Shown one piece after another: positions 50,797 to 51,960 of a DNA stretch of 51,960 nucleotides (positions are counted from its first letter, which is position 1; every line of letters begins with the position of its first letter). The notes beneath the pieces are model-generated. The model was given only the letters and a program-made list of their open reading frames with translations, was not told where the DNA came from and searched no databases. The position numbers and the translations under genes were made by a program. The DNA comes from Proteromonas lacertae (lineage: Eukaryota). The stretch is taken from assembly GCA_002245135.1 (NCBI GenBank), contig NGBS01001203.1, positions 1 through 51,960 on the forward strand. Reading direction: 5' to 3'.

Positions 50797-50995
50797 ATGT
50801 CAGACAACCAAAAAGATACTTCAGATAAACAAGAAAAATATAAGGACTTAGATTATTGTGATTACATGCCATTCGAAGAAGCTGTAAACAGATTCTGGGA
50901 GCGGTATGGAGCAATTAGACCCTAATGGGAGAGATACCTTAGATAAAGAGTATAATCGATTTTTAAAGAATTTTAATCAAGAAAGAGAAGAATAA
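50797..50995 (+). CDS. Small hypothetical protein, about 65 aa, one probable frameshift
   Basis: MSDNQKDTSDK...FWERY, then EQLDPNGRDTLDKEYNRFLKNFNQEREE* after removing one G at about 50909. Confidence 0.45.
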
Positions 50996-51051
50996 TGAGA
51001 AGTAATTATAATAATTATAATAATAGTAACCATTAATTAATTAATTAATTA

Positions 51052-51691
51052 TCAATTACGGTCTATAGTATTCTCTTTTTGATATGACTCCCACAAATTT
51101 ACAAGACAATGATACACGTTCCATATTAACCGCTCATACTCATCTAACTTCCTCTCAAAATGCACCAACTCATAGTGATTTCCTTCTTTTTCATTATTAC
51201 GTATACGTTCCCATAGGCATATTAACACATTATGAACTCCAACTTTTACTGCAGAGTATGGAACAGTATCTTTCAAAACATAATTTTATAGCATCATCGA
51301 CTCTATTACTCACCTCTATACAATCTTCTACACTGAGATTAAAAAATCTTGTTTGAATTCTATAATGAGTTAGAGATTCTTTAAAAATTTCTAAAATATG
51401 CTGAATTTGAGTTATATTGAATTTCACACGTGGTAAACTCTCTTCACCAATTGGTAATGCTAAACCAGCATGTCCCTCACAATCACATATTGCTCTCTCA
51501 CTATGCTCCAAAACATCTAAATTAGCTTTATATGTATGCACATCCATTTTCTTTACATCTTTCTCATTGAATAGACATACTGGTTTTACAGCATCTTCAA
51601 TCGGCAATGCTCTTTCTAATTCAGTGAAATCTAGAGGTTTAACAATACTTTTAGGTGAGTCAGTATGTTGTAATGGTGGTACAGTGTTCAT
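51052..51691 (-). CDS. Hypothetical viral protein, about 212 aa, one homopolymer frameshift
   Basis: MNTVPPL...CSILCS joins KVGVHNVLICLWE... on removing one A at about 51246. Confidence 0.6.
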
Positions 51692-51761
51692 GATAAGCAA
51701 AAAAAAATTAATTAAAAAAAATAAAGTAATTACGTTTAATCACTTAACACTTAAAGATCTT

Positions 51762-51960
51762 CTAAATCTTCTTCTTTATCAAGGTTTTTGAATCGTCACA
51801 TTGCATGTTTGGCTTGACCAAATGCTTATGTTTTTTTGATGGTACTAATTCATCTAATGATTCAGATATAGTACTTAATAATTTTCTTTTAGTGGTGTGG
51901 ATTACACTATCTGGTGTTACAATATCTGCAATATCATAATCATCGTACCATGTGCATTTT
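51762..51960 (-). CDS. 3' end of an ORF entering from beyond the window
   Basis: Open frame KCTWYDDYDIAD...KTLIKKKI* from the window edge. Confidence 0.5.
   Translation of the reverse strand, partial: KCTWYDDYDIADIVTPDSVIHTTKRKLLSTISESLDELVPSKKHKHLVKPNMQCDDSKTLIKKKI

Larger units (their letters stand above)
41741..51960. mobile_element. Endogenous Polinton-like / MELD-type dsDNA virus; left boundary approximate, continues past the window
   Basis: Co-oriented minor capsid - major capsid - A32/FtsK-like ATPase module among dense, small, mostly intronless orphan ORFs; hairpin-rich left end; adjacent to intron-bearing host genes. Confidence 0.85.

Noticed and set aside
49001..51791. Opposite-strand ORFs 49001..49297, 49940..50158, 51084..51356 and 51417..51791
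   Set aside because: Largely antisense to better-supported viral ORFs.

Overview
Very AT-rich eukaryotic DNA. Many 28-46 nt GT-AG introns (mostly about 30 nt) and a Sig1/mastigoneme-type EGF module suggest a Blastocystis-like stramenopile (inference). The window has three parts. (1) About 391-32798 (+): apparently one giant secreted or surface gene (about 10,800 aa if the single-base frameshifts are errors). It has an intron-split signal peptide, repeated galactose-binding-like/F5/8C, PA14, He_PIG Ig-like, HRM-like Cys and GLUG-like domains, and a C-terminal mastigoneme-like EGF module. It grew by 5.9-kb and 843-bp tandem duplications, and the 5.9-kb copies differ mainly in three short segments of one lectin-like domain. 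(2) 32887-39775: compact host genes (DM10-like protein, hamartin/TSC1-like protein, GT77-type glycosyltransferase, tail-anchored purine nucleoside phosphorylase) and a 5S rRNA gene. (3) About 135 bp upstream of the 5S gene, a 1.8-kb near-perfect fold-back (about 720-bp arms). It is followed by an endogenous Polinton-like/MELD-type dsDNA virus that runs off the right edge, with minor capsid, major capsid, packaging ATPase, AT-hook protein, small orphans, hairpins, a perfect 28-bp palindrome and one gene with a host-type mini-intron. No polymerase, integrase or protease is visible in the window. All family calls are by motif recognition; no searches were run.
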